Shown one piece after another: positions 12,964-25,700 of a stretch of DNA of 64,000 bases (position 1 is its first letter; each line of letters begins with the position of its first letter). The notes beneath the pieces are model-generated. The model was not told the origin of the DNA, searched no databases, and worked only from the letters and a program-made list of their open reading frames with translations. This DNA is from Octopus sinensis. Its lineage: Eukaryota. The position numbers and the translations under genes were made by a program. The stretch is taken from positions 36,208,001 to 36,272,000 of the forward strand of contig NC_043002.1 in assembly GCF_006345805.1 (NCBI RefSeq), read 5' to 3'.

Positions 12964-13229
12964 TTTGAGTTGATTAAACAAGGATGCCCAATCACTGCTA
13001 AGGTACAAGATTAAAACAGTGATGTATTTAAAGGCCAGAATTGAAAATCTCTCATCATCCACATTTGTCTCATTCCCTCAAACACTACACACAAGACTTT
13101 GCTCAAGACTTCAGAAATGAGAAAAGGCTTGTGTAGTATGAGGGATTTTCAATTCTGGCCTTTAAAAACATCACTGTTTTAATCTTGTACCTTAGCAGTG
13201 ATTGGTCATCCTTGTTTAATCAACTCAAA
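12964..13229. repeat. Inverted repeat / hairpin MITE, ~95-bp arms
   Basis: tttgagttgattaaacaaggatg..aaaggccagaattgaaaatctctcat mirrored by atgagggattttcaattctggcc..gtttaatcaactcaaa. Confidence 0.85.
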
Positions 13230-13311
13230 CAAAATGTATTACTGGTTCTAAAAGTTCAACATATAATCATTTAAAAGTTTTTAAAAAAATGGCATCTAGC
13301 ATTTAGTACTA

Positions 13312-13461
<150 letters not shown>

Positions 13462-13826
13462 CTATTATGTAATAATATAAAAGGTATTATTCAGACCTCT
13501 GCCCATTGAATATGAAGTGTTTATATATAATTTTGTTTAGAAACAAATTCCATTTTGAAAAAGAATATGAACAGCCTCACATCAAACTTCTTAATTATCT
13601 GGAAAACCATCTTGAATATAAGCAGTGTGTGATTATTCAATAATCTCTCCTAAATGAAGATCATCATGCAAAAAGAAGAATCTTCAACTTTGGCTTCTAA
13701 GGCACAATTATAAAGAATATGGCTATGAAGCTATGATGCTAGAATGCTTCATGAAGTAAATTCTTTTATAGATGTTCTGCTTTGGCCTTAGTGAAAACAT
13801 CATCATACATTTCTTTATTTGGCTAA

Positions 13827-14095
13827 TCTTTATATATAAAAGTGAAGTTGTGTGATAGTCTGTCTACTCCGATTTAGATTCCTAACTACTCCCACATTTT
13901 GCGGTGCAGTTTAACCAAAAGCGGGTATCTTATAGTTGTGATTCATATCAAGCCCTTCTGGGTATTAGCGCGCGTCTACGATGAGTCTACGATTTAAAAA
14001 AAATTTACCATCATTTTTCCGCATTTTTAATCTCTGAAAATGCTTATACAGTTATTTCCCTTACAAACCCGAGCAACGCTAGGTGATACTGCTAG
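13827..14095 (+). mobile_element. Non-autonomous Helitron
   Basis: A|TC(tttatatataaaag) 5' end, cccgagcaacgc..gg hairpin and CTAG|T 3' end; related copies at 26300-26387, 26609-27005 and 28774-29162. Confidence 0.85.
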
Positions 14096-14508
14096 TATTT
14101 AATATAGTATTTCTCTTTTGCTATTGAGTAATAATTTATAAAATCTTTAAAAAAAGTTACACCAGCAATTTGTACCAAATATGTTTACATCATTTAGGAA
14201 ACTTGATGTAAAACCTTAGAAAATGTATGTTGTTTTGCCTTGCATTGGGATTTGGTATTTAAAAATAAAATGAAACCTAATATAATGCTAATAAATCTTC
14301 AGTTATATGTATATGATATCAAATGTTACAAATTTTAACACATTATCACCAGTAATTAAAAATTCAGTTGCTTAAGTCTGCTTGAGTAAAGCTAACCAGA
14401 GTTACTCACCAAAAATATTAATTGCATTGCTTCCTGGAGAGAGATTAACTATCTGAAGTGACATGAAATTATAGACATATCAAATCTGTTTTGAATAATT
14501 ATAGTTAC

Positions 14509-14541
14509 CTTATGGAAGACGTGTGAACAAGAAAGCAGCAC
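14509..14541 (-). CDS. RNF32: RNF32 coding exon 4 (33-bp microexon in the first RING)
   Basis: tttcag|GTG CTG CTT TCT TGT TCA CAC GTC TTC CAT AAG|gtaact = VLLSCSHVFHK, phase 0/0. Confidence 0.93.
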
Positions 14542-14631
14542 CTGAAATACATAACAGAGATAATACACACAGATTCATCCAATGATTACTCATCAACTCA
14601 AGTTTTGCTGATCAATTTATTCATATATTCT

Positions 14632-14632
14632 A

Positions 14633-14697
<65 letters not shown>

Positions 14698-14722
14698 CAC
14701 TACTACTATTGCTGCTGCTGTT
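14632..14722. repeat. (TAC)n/(TGC)n trinucleotide microsatellite
   Basis: Direct reading; explains the poly-Tyr pseudo-ORF. Confidence 0.95.
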
Positions 14723-14759
14723 GTCCTAATAATCCTTTCTACTGGAAGTACAAGGCCTC

Positions 14760-15175
14760 AAATTTGGGGAAGGGATTAAGTCAATTACATTGACTCCAGT
14801 GCTCAACTGGTACTTATTTAATCGACCCCCAAAGGATGAAAGGCAAAGTTGACCTCAGCAGAAGCTGCTGCTTTCATAATAATAATATTAACATTGAATT
14901 CTTACTTAGACTGAGGCTAGAAAATTTATACACAAAGAGAAAGTGACTGTGTAACGTTCATAACTGACTGAAGGGTTGGCAGAATTGTTAGCAGGCCAGG
15001 TAGAGTACTTAGTGGCATTTCATCCATCTTTACATTCTGAGTTCAAATTCCGCTGAGGTCAACTTTGCCTTTTATCCTTCCAGGGTCAATAAAATACCAG
15101 CTGAACAATGGGGTCGAGGTAATCGACTTACCCACTTACCCAAAACTTGCTGGACTTGTACCAAAATTTGAAACC
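14760..15175. mobile_element. Two oppositely oriented copies of a third SINE family (also ~15770-15960, 29400-29600, 51010-51110, 56540-56620)
   Basis: Shared core ttctgagttcaaattccgc.gaggtc.actttgcctttcatcc..ggggtcga...gtaccag in all copies. Confidence 0.7.
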
Positions 15176-15229
15176 ATTACTATTACTATTATTACTTAAG
15201 ATATCGCACAGTATTCAATACCATGATGT

Positions 15230-15560
15230 TGTTGATCGAAGATATTGTGTTTACCAAGGGTTTGTACTGACTGTCAAGTCATAACAAGGACTTCAAACAG
15301 ACAGTACTTTATACAATATGCATGTAGTTCTAGGTGAAGCTGATTTTTGCAATACACATAGATTGTAGGGTATTTCTAATGTTTCCAGATGTTTCTTCAG
15401 ACAACCTTTACGTTTGACTCTCAGAGCTACCACATCTTGGTGATCTCAATTCTCAGATCTCCATATTTATCAATCTTTTCTCTTTCTTTCAAAATAATAT
15501 GCTGATCTCCTGGCACTGCCACATCAGTTATTTGGTACTCTTGTTTGTCCCTCTTAAAGG
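15230..15560 (-). mobile_element. R4/Dong-like RLE-type LINE 3' fragment
   Basis: Minus strand reads DVAVPGDQ..LKEREKIDKY.DL.IEI.KMW, a restriction-like endonuclease motif region. Confidence 0.65.
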
Positions 15561-16029
15561 TTACTATGTCAGGCCTTTGATGTTCTAACACCTTGTCTGT
15601 CTGGAAGTCAAAGTCCTAGAGGATCTTTGCCTTCCTCTTTTCATTCATTACTTTTTTCAATGTATGTTGGTACCAAGCACCTGTTGCCTTGTATCCATAC
15701 TTCTGGCATAGTAGCCAGAGAAGGTTTTGGCTACCTTGTTGTGTCTCTGCTTTATTATTATTAACGCAGTAAGCTGACAGAACTGTTAGCATGCAATATG
15801 AAGTGCTTACTGGCATTTTGTCTGTATGTCTGTACATTCTGAGTTCAAATTTCACTGCCTTTCATTGTTTCTGGATTGGTAAATTAAGTGTGAGTTGAGC
15901 ACTGGGGTTGGTGTATTTGTCTAGTACCAAGATTTCTGGCCTTGTACCTATAATAAACAAGATTATGCTACTGCTGCTGCTGCTGATGATGATGATGGTC
16001 GTCATTGTCGTCATACAAATGGGAAAATT

Positions 16030-17123
16030 CAATGAACTATACTCCTCTCCTTTCCACTTGGAGAGTAATGCAAGGTTTTGAAATCATGGCGATGCCAATT
16101 TGTAAAAATAGAACAGTATCTTACAAGATGGTTCATTTACAAAGGATAAGTCTACAATTTTGTTTCTCAGGAGCAATATTGTCTCAATTCCAACTTGAGA
16201 GCAAGTTAATTTTGCTGTTGGAACACTACCTCTTTCTTGTTGGCAATCTCTGGCCTCAATTCTTTGATTTTTTGGTTCAAATTAGCCAGCTGATGACAAT
16301 ACACGTCAGAATTAATGGTCTCGTTTTGTAGGAGAAGCTTATAATAAATAATACTTTTATGATCCCACCAAATACAAAGTATAGCTTTTTTGTCATGGAT
16401 ATTCATCTTTAGTTGCTATTTTGGGGGATCTTTACACAAACTCTAGGATCTTTTACACACATTTCCATACACAATCCATTTTTCATCTCCAGTCACAAGT
16501 TGTTTCAAAAAAGGCATGCTCTCGTTCTGTTTCAAAAGTATATCACAAACGGAATACCAGTCCAAGCAATTCTTTTCTGAGAGTTTGTGAGGGACCCATA
16601 CATTATAGCGTGAAATGTATCCTAGCTTCACTAGGTATTCATGAGCGATACTTCTAGAAACCCAACTCCTCTGCAAGTTCTCTAGTTGTGATATTTGAGT
16701 TTTCTTCAATTTTTGCCTTCAAAACATCTTCATCCAATTTTGAAGATCTTCCACTGTGACTGTCATCTTCAAACCTAAACTCTCCAGCTTTAAATTTTGC
16801 AAACCACCTTCAAACAGTTGATTAACCTACAGCAGCATCATCATAAACTTCACAAATGTTTTTGCAAGACTTTGCAGAATTTTTTCCTTTTAAAAAAACC
16901 GAAAAGCATGACAGAGTGAATAGAAAATGTTTGGTTATCTATTTCAAATGTTAATAAGGAGTAACAAGAATGAAAGATAAATCTATTTTTAGTCAGGAAC
17001 AAAGAAGAGATGCACTACCACTTCAAGCAATGCCAAAGTTTTAACTGTGTTACATTTCAGGTGTGTTCAATGAAATGTTAAGAAATTTAGCTTAAAAATA
17101 CTCAGAACTTTCCAGACAACCTT
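16030..17123 (-). mobile_element. Decayed mariner transposon
   Basis: WVPHKLSEKN, LVTGDEKWIVY and ILCIWWD..IIYY.LL..NETINSDVYC.QL motifs; TIR aaggttgtctggaaagttctgag at ~17101-17123 next to TA. Confidence 0.85.
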
Positions 17124-17296
17124 ATAGTACCTTATTTATTATGTGTCTGAATTTTCGAAATTTAGTTCAAGGAATTAAGACATTTAAGGACAGAATGAAA
17201 CAGCTACATCAAAACGATTAGCTAAGATTTTCAAGTCTGAAAAATATTAAAAAAAACATCACTATTTATAAAATATTTGTTCTTAAATCAACAAAC

Positions 17297-17439
17297 TTGA
17301 GATTCTTCTCCAAAATTTTCTTTACAGATAACACATGGTTGACAAGAATCATGTCTTGAGTTAGATTTCTCTTTTACAGTCTTCCAGTCAAATTCTGATA
17401 ACCGTTTTGCTGGGCATTCAACAATACCAAGTTTCTGGG
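17297..17439 (-). CDS. RNF32: RNF32 coding exon 3 (start of first RING)
   Basis: ttgtag|CC CAG AAA ... CAA|gtttgt; 143 bp; AQKLGIVECP...EFDWKTVKEKS...QPCVICKENF. Confidence 0.92.
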
Positions 17440-18384
17440 CTACAAAAGATGAAATTATAATTATAGTGGATATAAATGTTGCTTTGTTGGATGATTTCTC
17501 CAGTCACATTTTGCATTATATAGAAAGGGAGGAGAGAGAGTAAAAGTGAGGTACAGAGAGAGAGTTAATATAAGAGGTGCAGGATGAGTGCACATACTTG
17601 GTTTGGTGGCAGGTAAAGAGTAAAAGAACACTACACACACAGAGAGTGAGAAATAATCATAAAGATAGAGTGGGGAGAGGGAGCAAATGACAGATTAGTT
17701 ATAGGAGATATTATTCAAATGAGAAATTTTTAAATTTATTTTTATTTTAAGGTAATTAACATTTTTTTTCACAATTAGTATTCATTTCATAATTTTGTAT
17801 AAGTAACAAGAAATTATATATGAAAGTTAAATTATAATATTGTATGTAAGCCATATTTCTTGATGAGACAAAAATATATTTCCAAAGTTATGCATCATAT
17901 GATAGGCAATACTCTCATCTAAAGACATATGCATATGCACATGTGTATGTGCACGTGTGTGCACATGTGTATGTGCATATGTGTGTGTGTTATAATGTAG
18001 GCACACAAAGCAGTGTTGTGAAAGAAACAAACTTAGATCAGTTCAAATATGTTTGGGACATATCTGATCTGTAAAAATATCATTTTTATTGTGGTTTGCC
18101 AAGGAAACATTTCTTGCATCAGAGAACAGCCATTTAAAGTGCTCCCTGTGGACTGATGAATGCATCTCAAGCTCCTTAACTATTGTCAGCACTGGATTCC
18201 AAGCAGGATAACCCTGAAATGACTTTGGAAATCATAGCTTCCTTATAGAAAATCAGTAGAAAATATTCACTAACTGCAGCAAATGGCCACCAGGCTTGAA
18301 CAAATTATATAGAAGGCTTGCAAAGTAGTGTTGCAGGATAAACAAGACTTTAGATCAGTCTGAATATGTTTGGAACATATTTCA

Positions 18385-18985
18385 TCATCATCATCATCAT
18401 CATCGTTTAACGTCCGCTTTCCATGCTAGCATGGGTTGGACGGTTCAACTGGGGTCTGGCAAGCCCGAAGGCTGCACCAGGCCAGTCAGATCTGGCAGTG
18501 TTTCTACAGCTGGATGCCCTTCCTAACGCCAACCACTCCGAGAGTGTAGTGGGTGATTTTATGTGCCACCAACACAGGTGCCAGACGAGGCTGGCAGACG
18601 GCCACGCTCGGATGGTGTTTTTTATGTGCCACCGACACAGGTGCCAGATGAGGCTGGCAGACGGCCACGCTCGGATGGTGTTTTTTATGTGCCACCGACA
18701 CAGGTGCCAGACGAGGCTGGCAGACGGCCACGCTCGGATGGTGTTTGTTACGTGCCCTCAGCACGGAGGCCAGTCGATGCGGTACTGGCTACGGTCACAT
18801 TCAGATGGTTTTCTTATGTGCCACCGGCACTGGTACCATAAAGGATACAAATAGGATACAAATTCCATTGATGTACATCTATTTTGATTTGGTTTTGATT
18901 TTGATTTTCACTTGTCTCAACAGGTCTTCTCAAGTGTCACAATAAGGAAGGTATGCACAGGTGGACTGACTACGTCCCAGGTGGT
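18385..18985 (-). mobile_element. OK-like SINE with three ~53-bp internal tandem units
   Basis: (CAT)n tail at left; repeated atgtgccaccgacacaggtgccaga.gaggctggcagacggccacgctcggatggtg. Confidence 0.8.
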
Positions 18986-19849
18986 AAAAAGTGATCCTTT
19001 CAATTTTATATCCTAATCACGAGTAAAAGTGTTCTCTTGATCTAATATTATCTTCACTTGTTTATTAACTGCTTTAAAAAGAGTACTGGGTGCATTTTAT
19101 CAAGGCACTGGCACTACTGAATTTTTGCATCCTGTAAGACTAAAAAATCATAGGATAGTGGACATTTTAATCATCACTATTCTATGATGGATTTGTTTGC
19201 TCAAGGGAAGTGACCAAGAGGTTGTCTAAAAGAGGAATTGATGATTGAAGAATGAGGATGATTGAGTGGAGCTGGCAAGAGAGTGATGGTAGAAATAAAG
19301 TGATTGGGGTGAAAGGGTAATAGAGAGTGATGAAGTGATGGATAGTAACAGAGAAGGACAATGGTCTGTGTAAGTGATGGGTGTCAAGAACAAGTGACTT
19401 GAAGAAGAGGGACTCATGACAAATAGTATAAAAGGGCTGACATCAGGGAGTTCTGGGTACTACCAATTTTACTAACACTTGCCACATAATAGTGGATAGA
19501 AAATAAGTTGGATGAAGAGAAAAAGAGAATTATAGAGAGATGGGTGATAGAGAGATGGAAGCTAGAAAGATGAGCAATACACTATATGAGTGGTAGAGAG
19601 ACGAGTAGTAGGGAAATGAAAGAGCATCAAAGAGGCAGGAAAAGCAGCAGACGCAACAAGTACACACTGAGTGAGAGACCTAAAACATGCACACACACAC
19701 ACACTTCCTGGTCTCCAGTACTATCACTATTTTTAACATTTGATTTACCACACTTACATGAGGTTAGGTCTTCTCCAGCATTCCATGTTACCTATTGACA
19801 TAATTCTTAATCATCACTTTCTTGAGATGTTGCACCACTTTATGCTAAG

Positions 19850-20470
19850 TCTTCCTTGGTCTCATTCTTCCACAGGTTTCATACAGGTTTCTTTTTTTAT
19901 CTAACTGTCAACCTTCATGCTAATCACAAGCTCATTTCAGCACACATCTCCCTCTTATACATTGTATCTGATTTCACTTATAGCCAGTTTTTGTCTTGGT
20001 TAATCTACACCTCATTGTTAACACACACTAATATTAAGGAGCCAGTGGAGCATATTCACCTTATAATTTCGTCCAGCTTCTGCAAGTCTCCCATATTCAG
20101 GATCCATGTCTCACTATTTTACATCAAGTTCACACAGTAGCATCATGCAATCTGCCTTTCACTTTGAGAGAGAAAACCTTTGCTGCTAGCAGAAGTGTAA
20201 TAGCATCTCAAATTTTCTCCAGCCTGTTGTTACTCAAACGTCTATACTTTCAGAACAGCCACCTCCATTACTAATTAGGTCACCTACCTATGTCCAGAGC
20301 TTTCTGGACATTTGACAAAATCAATTTACAATGTGCCTTTAATGCTTATTATCTTTGTGTATATACCACAAATCATGTTCACCTTCTCCATTAATCTGCC
20401 AGTGATTTCATTGGCAGGCTAATTTGCTTCCATAGTTTACATGGAGTACAATGCAAGGAATTTAGATGAA
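19850..20470 (-). mobile_element. Degenerate RTE LINE fragment
   Basis: Minus-strand similarity to the RTE pieces at 60-680 and 21140-22720; heavily mutated. Confidence 0.5.
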
Positions 20471-20719
20471 TATATTATTGAGGCATTGTTTTATGGGTGG
20501 ATACCTTTCTTATTGCTAACCCTAAACTTATTTTCAAGTTAGTAATCTTTTATTTTATGTCTTTGAAAGTGTGAAGCAAATGGATAATTTGGAGATAAAA
20601 TTGTCAATAATATCACCACTCATAGCAACTCTCATGGAGCACAAATGTTAAAAAAAGACAGACACACACACACTCACACACACATAGAATTAATCTGCAA
20701 AGTTAATTTCAATACTTGC

Positions 20720-20806
20720 CAAGTGAAAGTGATGGAGCCGCATCAAGTACATATTCAGTTTGTACCTTCTCAAAGGGGAATTTTGGAAGCTTGGTAGAGG
20801 ACTGTC
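20720..20806 (-). CDS. RNF32: RNF32 coding exon 2, ending at a GC donor
   Basis: aaaaag|GA CAG ... CTT G|GCAAGT; 87 bp, phase 1/1; QSSTKLPKFPFEKVQTEYVLDAAPSLSL(A). Acceptor inferred from frame, since an in-frame TGA lies just upstream. Confidence 0.8.
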
Positions 20807-21139
20807 CTTTTTGTCAAGAGATCACATTGAAAAGAAAGCAATACCAAGAATTAAAGCCAGTGGCTAAAAGATTAAAAAAATTTTTTGTTCTTAATGGCAT
20901 ATTGCACATTTTCTACATTAACTGATTAGCATTTGTTGACAAATACACTACATACAGAACATATATTCAGTTATTATTATCCCAAGTATTTTTACTTTTC
21001 TAGTAGTTCTAAGGAGAGGGAAAACTGGAGGTAAAACATGTGCAGTTCTGGTCTTGTACAATTATAGCAGCTGAGTAAATAGTGCTGTAGTTAGAAGTGT
21101 GATAGAAGGATAAGTGCTATGAAGATGAGTTTTGGAGGC

Positions 21140-22720
21140 TTGATTGGGTATGGGGGGTCATAGACATAAATTATATACCTTTAGGACCTCATTTTTGCTG
21201 AAGGGCAGAGGTTTTCTCAAGCCTAGAAAATTGCCAATCATCTCAATCCTTAGTTCCCTCCCCCACATAAGGAGGACTTCACAACTTCACCCCACATCTT
21301 CCTGGGTGTCATTCTTCCACAAGTTCTATCCACATCCAGCGATCAGCACTTCTATGTGCAGTTTTTCTCATCCATATGCATCACATCACCATACCAGCAC
21401 AGTTTTCTCTCTTGCACTCCAGATTTGATGCCACTTATGCACAATTTTTCTCTCAAGGCATTTACACTTTATCACACATGTACACTGACACTGCACATCC
21501 AGTGGAGCATGCTAGTTTTGTTTCTTTGTAGACTACACATGTCTTCTGAGTTTACATTTCACTGCCATACAGTATAATTGTCCATACACAAGCATCATAC
21601 AATCTGCCTTACACTCTTAGAGAAACCTTTTGTTACCATCAGACATAATAGCCTTCTGAACTTTCTCCAGCCAATTCATATTCTAGAAACTATACTTTCA
21701 GAACATCCTTCTCCACTGCTAATTAGGTTACCTAGGTAACAGAAACTATCTCCTACCTCTAAGGATCCTCCTGGACATTTGAAAAAATATGTTTCCTAGT
21801 TGCTCTTAGTATTTATCACTCATACACATCTTCCACAAAGTTTATCTTCTTGTGACTCTACTGCACCTCTTTTGTGTCCATAGTTTGCACAGAGTACACT
21901 GAAGGGAATTTTTACCTGCTCCTTTTCAACATACCGAACAAGGCTATTTTCTTGAAGGAATTAGCATACTATCTGTTTCCTGCTTATAAGAATTATAGTC
22001 TTTGCTAAGTTAACATTAAGGCTCTTTGATTCCAGGTTTTGCTTCCATGCCTGGGAGTTCTTTTATAATGCTACAACAGATTCAACAATAAAAACGGTCA
22101 TCAGCATAAAGGAGTTCTCATGAACAACTAGTCTAAAATTCCTCAGTTCTGGTCTGGAGGACTATGATAAATAGAACTGAAAGCCAAACCATGGTGGACT
22201 ACTTCTACAGTAAATTTATTGAACTACTTGATGCTAACTCTTAAGTTACTGACAGAGTAACCATCAGATCAAGGAGCAAGAGGTAATATTGAAGGCTTTC
22301 TCCAGATTGACAAAAGCCAAATGAAGTAGTTTACTTTTGGCTAAACACCTTTCCTGAAATTGCCTTACTAGGAAGAGGATATCAGCAGTACTTCTCCCTG
22401 TCACAAAGCCAAACCGCATTCTTATCTAGTCTAACTTTCACCATAATTAAGTGACCTACAACTTTGTAACTTTCATACTGCTGGTCCAGCAAATTCATAC
22501 TGCTGTAATTATTTATTCCTTTCTTAAATATTTCCTTTACCCTTGCAATAGTGTATTTAATACCACTACATCAGTTATTGGGTATGATATCTTCCTGTAC
22601 AACTTGATTAACTCTACAGATGACCAGGCTGTATCTCATTCTGCCAGATAGTTTAAGCATTTCTGAAGTAACTTCTGATAGACCAGGGGCTTTTTCTAGT
22701 GCAATAATTAATTTTATATT
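21140..22720 (-). mobile_element. Degenerate RTE LINE (RT and 3' region)
   Basis: Minus strand KAPGLSEVTSEMLKLSG...KGKG..NY.. RT N-terminal motif near 22500-22700; 3' portion near 21150-21600. Confidence 0.7.
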
Positions 22721-22765
22721 AAGAAACTCAATAGTTTAAAATAATGTTATTCAGTTATGACTTAC

Positions 22766-22919
22766 TAAGTCCAGTGTCAACCACTGCTTTGATATTCTTC
22801 TTTCTTGTCAGAGAGTAGAGTGGAGGAATTCTCGTAACTGTTTTATTCCCAGATGCCTTCAAACTTAAATGGTCTTGAATAGCTGCAGCAATTAAAGCTG
22901 CATTATAGTTTTGGGGCAT
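22766..22919 (-). CDS. RNF32: RNF32 coding exon 1
   Basis: tttttttag|ATG ... CTT A|gtaagt; 154 bp; MPQNYNAALIAAAIQDH...KAVVDTGL (cf. recalled RNF32 ALQDH and KAIIDTGL). The 8 exons total 1104 nt = 367 aa + stop. The ATG is the first exon base, so an upstream coding exon cannot be excluded. Confidence 0.85.
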
Positions 22920-23309
22920 CTAAAAAAAACCCAGAAACATATGTAGATATATAGATGTGTACATGTAAAATTGATAGCATTCCTATATTTTTCTTCTCCT
23001 CTTCTTAATTTTTACTGTTCTTCAGGGTATAACTTTTAACATTAGATCCTCTTCCATTTCTTTTCATTTGGCATATTTATTTTCATTGTACACACTCTTT
23101 GGTTATTATTAATTCATTTGAATTTTCTGCACTTTTTCCACTATGTTTCACTTGTATATCTAATATAATATTTGTTTGTCTCTACCTTAGAGCTTGGGAA
23201 AACACTAGCCCAGTCATATTGTCAAGTGATTACTGAAAAACATTTAAAATAGCGGAGATGTACTTGCATAGCAAGTGACCTGTTCTGAGATCGTGTGCTG
23301 GAACAAAAA

Positions 23310-23592
23310 CAATTGCAGCACGGAAGGTGTTTATAAGCCATTTAAGAAACACCCCAAAACCGTTAAATTCACTTCAACATTTAAATTTAATTTGTCAAAA
23401 TATTTTCGTCGTTTTGAGACCACAACTTGTTCACTGACAAAATTCCGTGCTGCATGGAATTTTGTCAGTGAACAGGTTGCGGTCTTGAAACGACGAAAAT
23501 ATTTTGACAAATTAAATTTAAATGTTGAAGTGAATCTAACGCTTTTTGTGTGTTTCTTAAATGGCTTATAAATACCTTCCACACTGCAACTG
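23310..23592. repeat. Near-perfect ~280-bp palindrome (fold-back MITE)
   Basis: Both strands give almost the same pseudo-ORF (23275-23571 + and 23331-23582 -); arms pair along their length with a ~10-nt loop. Confidence 0.9.
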
Positions 23593-24365
23593 ATTTAAAA
23601 TAGCCATATACAAATTATAATATGCTTCTCAACTGGCAGTGTCTAAGGTTAGAAAATTGAAATATGGAGTCTTGCAGCTTACTTCACTTTTACTTGATAT
23701 TTTGCTAAACATATTGAGCTATCAATCTATAATAAAACAGTCAAAACTTGAGAAGCCATAATTAGTGCTTTTACTGAATTTGTAATTGTTAAACCTGAAG
23801 AATTTTATAGAGATTGCATACTATCATTGGAAAAATTCTTGCTTCAAATGGATTTGATTTACACCAATTTTTTTTTTTTGCTGTTGTTATTTGTATCCTT
23901 TTTCATTCTACTTCTCAAAAACATTTTAGACACAACAGCCATGTAAATATTTGTCATCTTCATTGTCATTCTTATTCATCGAACATTGATTAATAACAGA
24001 GCTTAGGTTAATGTTTATAGAAGAAATTCCTTGAAGATTGTCGTTTTGATAGGAAATAAAAATGAGACAAAGTGGCTTGTACAAGCTTCCAAAAATGAGA
24101 AATATTTAGGATGATAAAAGAACAGAAAAAAAAAGAAAGAAAAAGACATGCAGTGTGTGTCCTTGGAAAGTTGGGTACTCAGTATATTAATCCAGAATAG
24201 CACAATGAGTGAAGGACTGCTAGATATATGACATGACCATTTGTGTATGCAACAACTCACTCTAATGTTCGTTACTCTATTACTTTATTTAGATTAGATA
24301 TTGTCTTAGATTATACATTGTAGGATACATTGTTTTGAACTTATTTGTTGGTGCTTTGGTGGTGT

Positions 24366-24620
24366 TCATCATCATCATTTAACGTCTGTTTATCATGGGT
24401 TGAATAGCTTGACAGGAACTGGAAAAATCAGGGACTGCACCAGGCTCCACAATCTGTTTTGGCTTGGTTTCTACAGCTGGATGTCCTTCCTAATGCCAAC
24501 TACTTTACAGAGTGTACTGGATGCTTTTTATGTGGCACCATCACCAGTACTTTTTATGTGGCATCAGCACCAGTGCTTTTCACGTAGCACTTGCACCCAC
24601 ACCAATGCACCTTAGTATTA
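24366..24620 (-). mobile_element. OK-like SINE 3' part
   Basis: catcatcatttaacgtc tail plus ctacagctggatgtccttcctaatgccaac body. Confidence 0.7.
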
Positions 24621-25502
24621 GGATATCAATTTTGTTGTGGCGGATAGATCTTTTGGAGTACAGCAATATGTTGAAAATGTTTTTTGGTATCATATTTGCC
24701 AAAGGATAACTGAATGAATATCTGCTACGATTATACACATATGGGAAAACTTAAACTACCATTTAGTTTAGTACTACTTGTCAGGCATTTTGGGTGCCTT
24801 TACCAGAATTCCTTATGTTGCAAGCACTTAGAACTTATTTTCCAGCTTATGCATACCTTCTTCCTACCCAACCACTAGTTTTGGAGGCACCTGCAAAGAG
24901 TCGTGAATACTGCCTTTCTTCCGTACTGAAAGATTGAAAAAAATTCTTTGTAATACCATTTGAATTAAAAGTATGTGAGTTTTTTTTTTGTTTTTTTTTT
25001 TGTGGTATAGATACTACATATTCATTATTGATTTTATTGCTGGCAGTACAGCATAATCAATACTAAACTATATTAACTGCATATTGAGATATGGCAAAAT
25101 CAAATGTTTTATTCCCACCGGAATCACCTGACTGATTTGTATTTGCCGAAGTTGTAGATCTTAAAGATTTAAATGCTATATAGCTTTTTTATTGCATCAT
25201 TTTACAGATCGGTTATGAATTCAGGTATATTTTGTTTCTTATTTATTAGCAACAAAAGTTCTTATGAGTGTTGCACAAGATCTGGTCTGAAGCGTGTAGA
25301 TATTTATTTCTTAGTGAGTTATTTGTAGAGCTTTAAACGATAGTTTTATATTTTATCCTTCTCGGGCTCTCTGGCTATTTAAAATGATTTTAAAAAAATT
25401 TTGTGGAGTAGGGAACAGTTCAACTTGAAGCATTATTTTATTTATTTGGGAACAATTGATTGATCAACCTGAAGTTTTATTTTATTAATTATTATTATTT
25501 GT

Positions 25503-25700
25503 GGATCTTTTCAGTTTGAAGGCCAGATTTTCCTAGTTAACTAAACAATTTGAAACTTCGTATACTGGTAGAATGTGTCAAAAGAAAACATAATTGTAAA
25601 CCAAAATGAAAACGGAATTGTAATTTCTAAGTTTAACGTTGTTTAATAATTCGAATTTTAACCAATGGTATTCTTTCTTTCGACCTCATATTATTTACTG
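25503..25700 (+). mobile_element. Merlin-family left terminal arm (no partner found)
   Basis: ggatcttttcagtttgaaggccag..tagttaactaaac..aaacttcgtatactggtagaatgtgtc matches family termini. Confidence 0.7.

Noticed and set aside
12736-13062. 108-aa ORF as a pogo/CENP-B remnant
   Set aside because: Resemblance too weak, and half the ORF runs through the hairpin repeat.
18423-18854. Repeat protein or CRISPR-like array
   Set aside because: Internal tandem units of a SINE without unique spacers; eukaryotic context, no cas genes.
20807-20863. Longer exon 2 using the pyrimidine-rich acceptor at 20864
   Set aside because: It introduces an in-frame TGA.
22766-22800. Apparent frameshift in RNF32 exon 1
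   Set aside because: Recounting the A-run gave an uninterrupted frame (..TRKKNIKAVVDTGL).
23310-23592. Protein-coding ORFs on both strands
   Set aside because: Artefact of the palindrome.
25208-25224. 17-bp plus-strand microexon (tttacag|ATCGGTTATGAATTCAG|gtatat)
   Set aside because: No partner exons or plus-strand gene identified nearby; such matches arise by chance in AT-rich DNA.
25129-25300. Possible RNF32 5'-UTR exon ending at CAG|gtgatt
   Set aside because: Plausible, but sequence alone cannot distinguish it from other donor-like sites.
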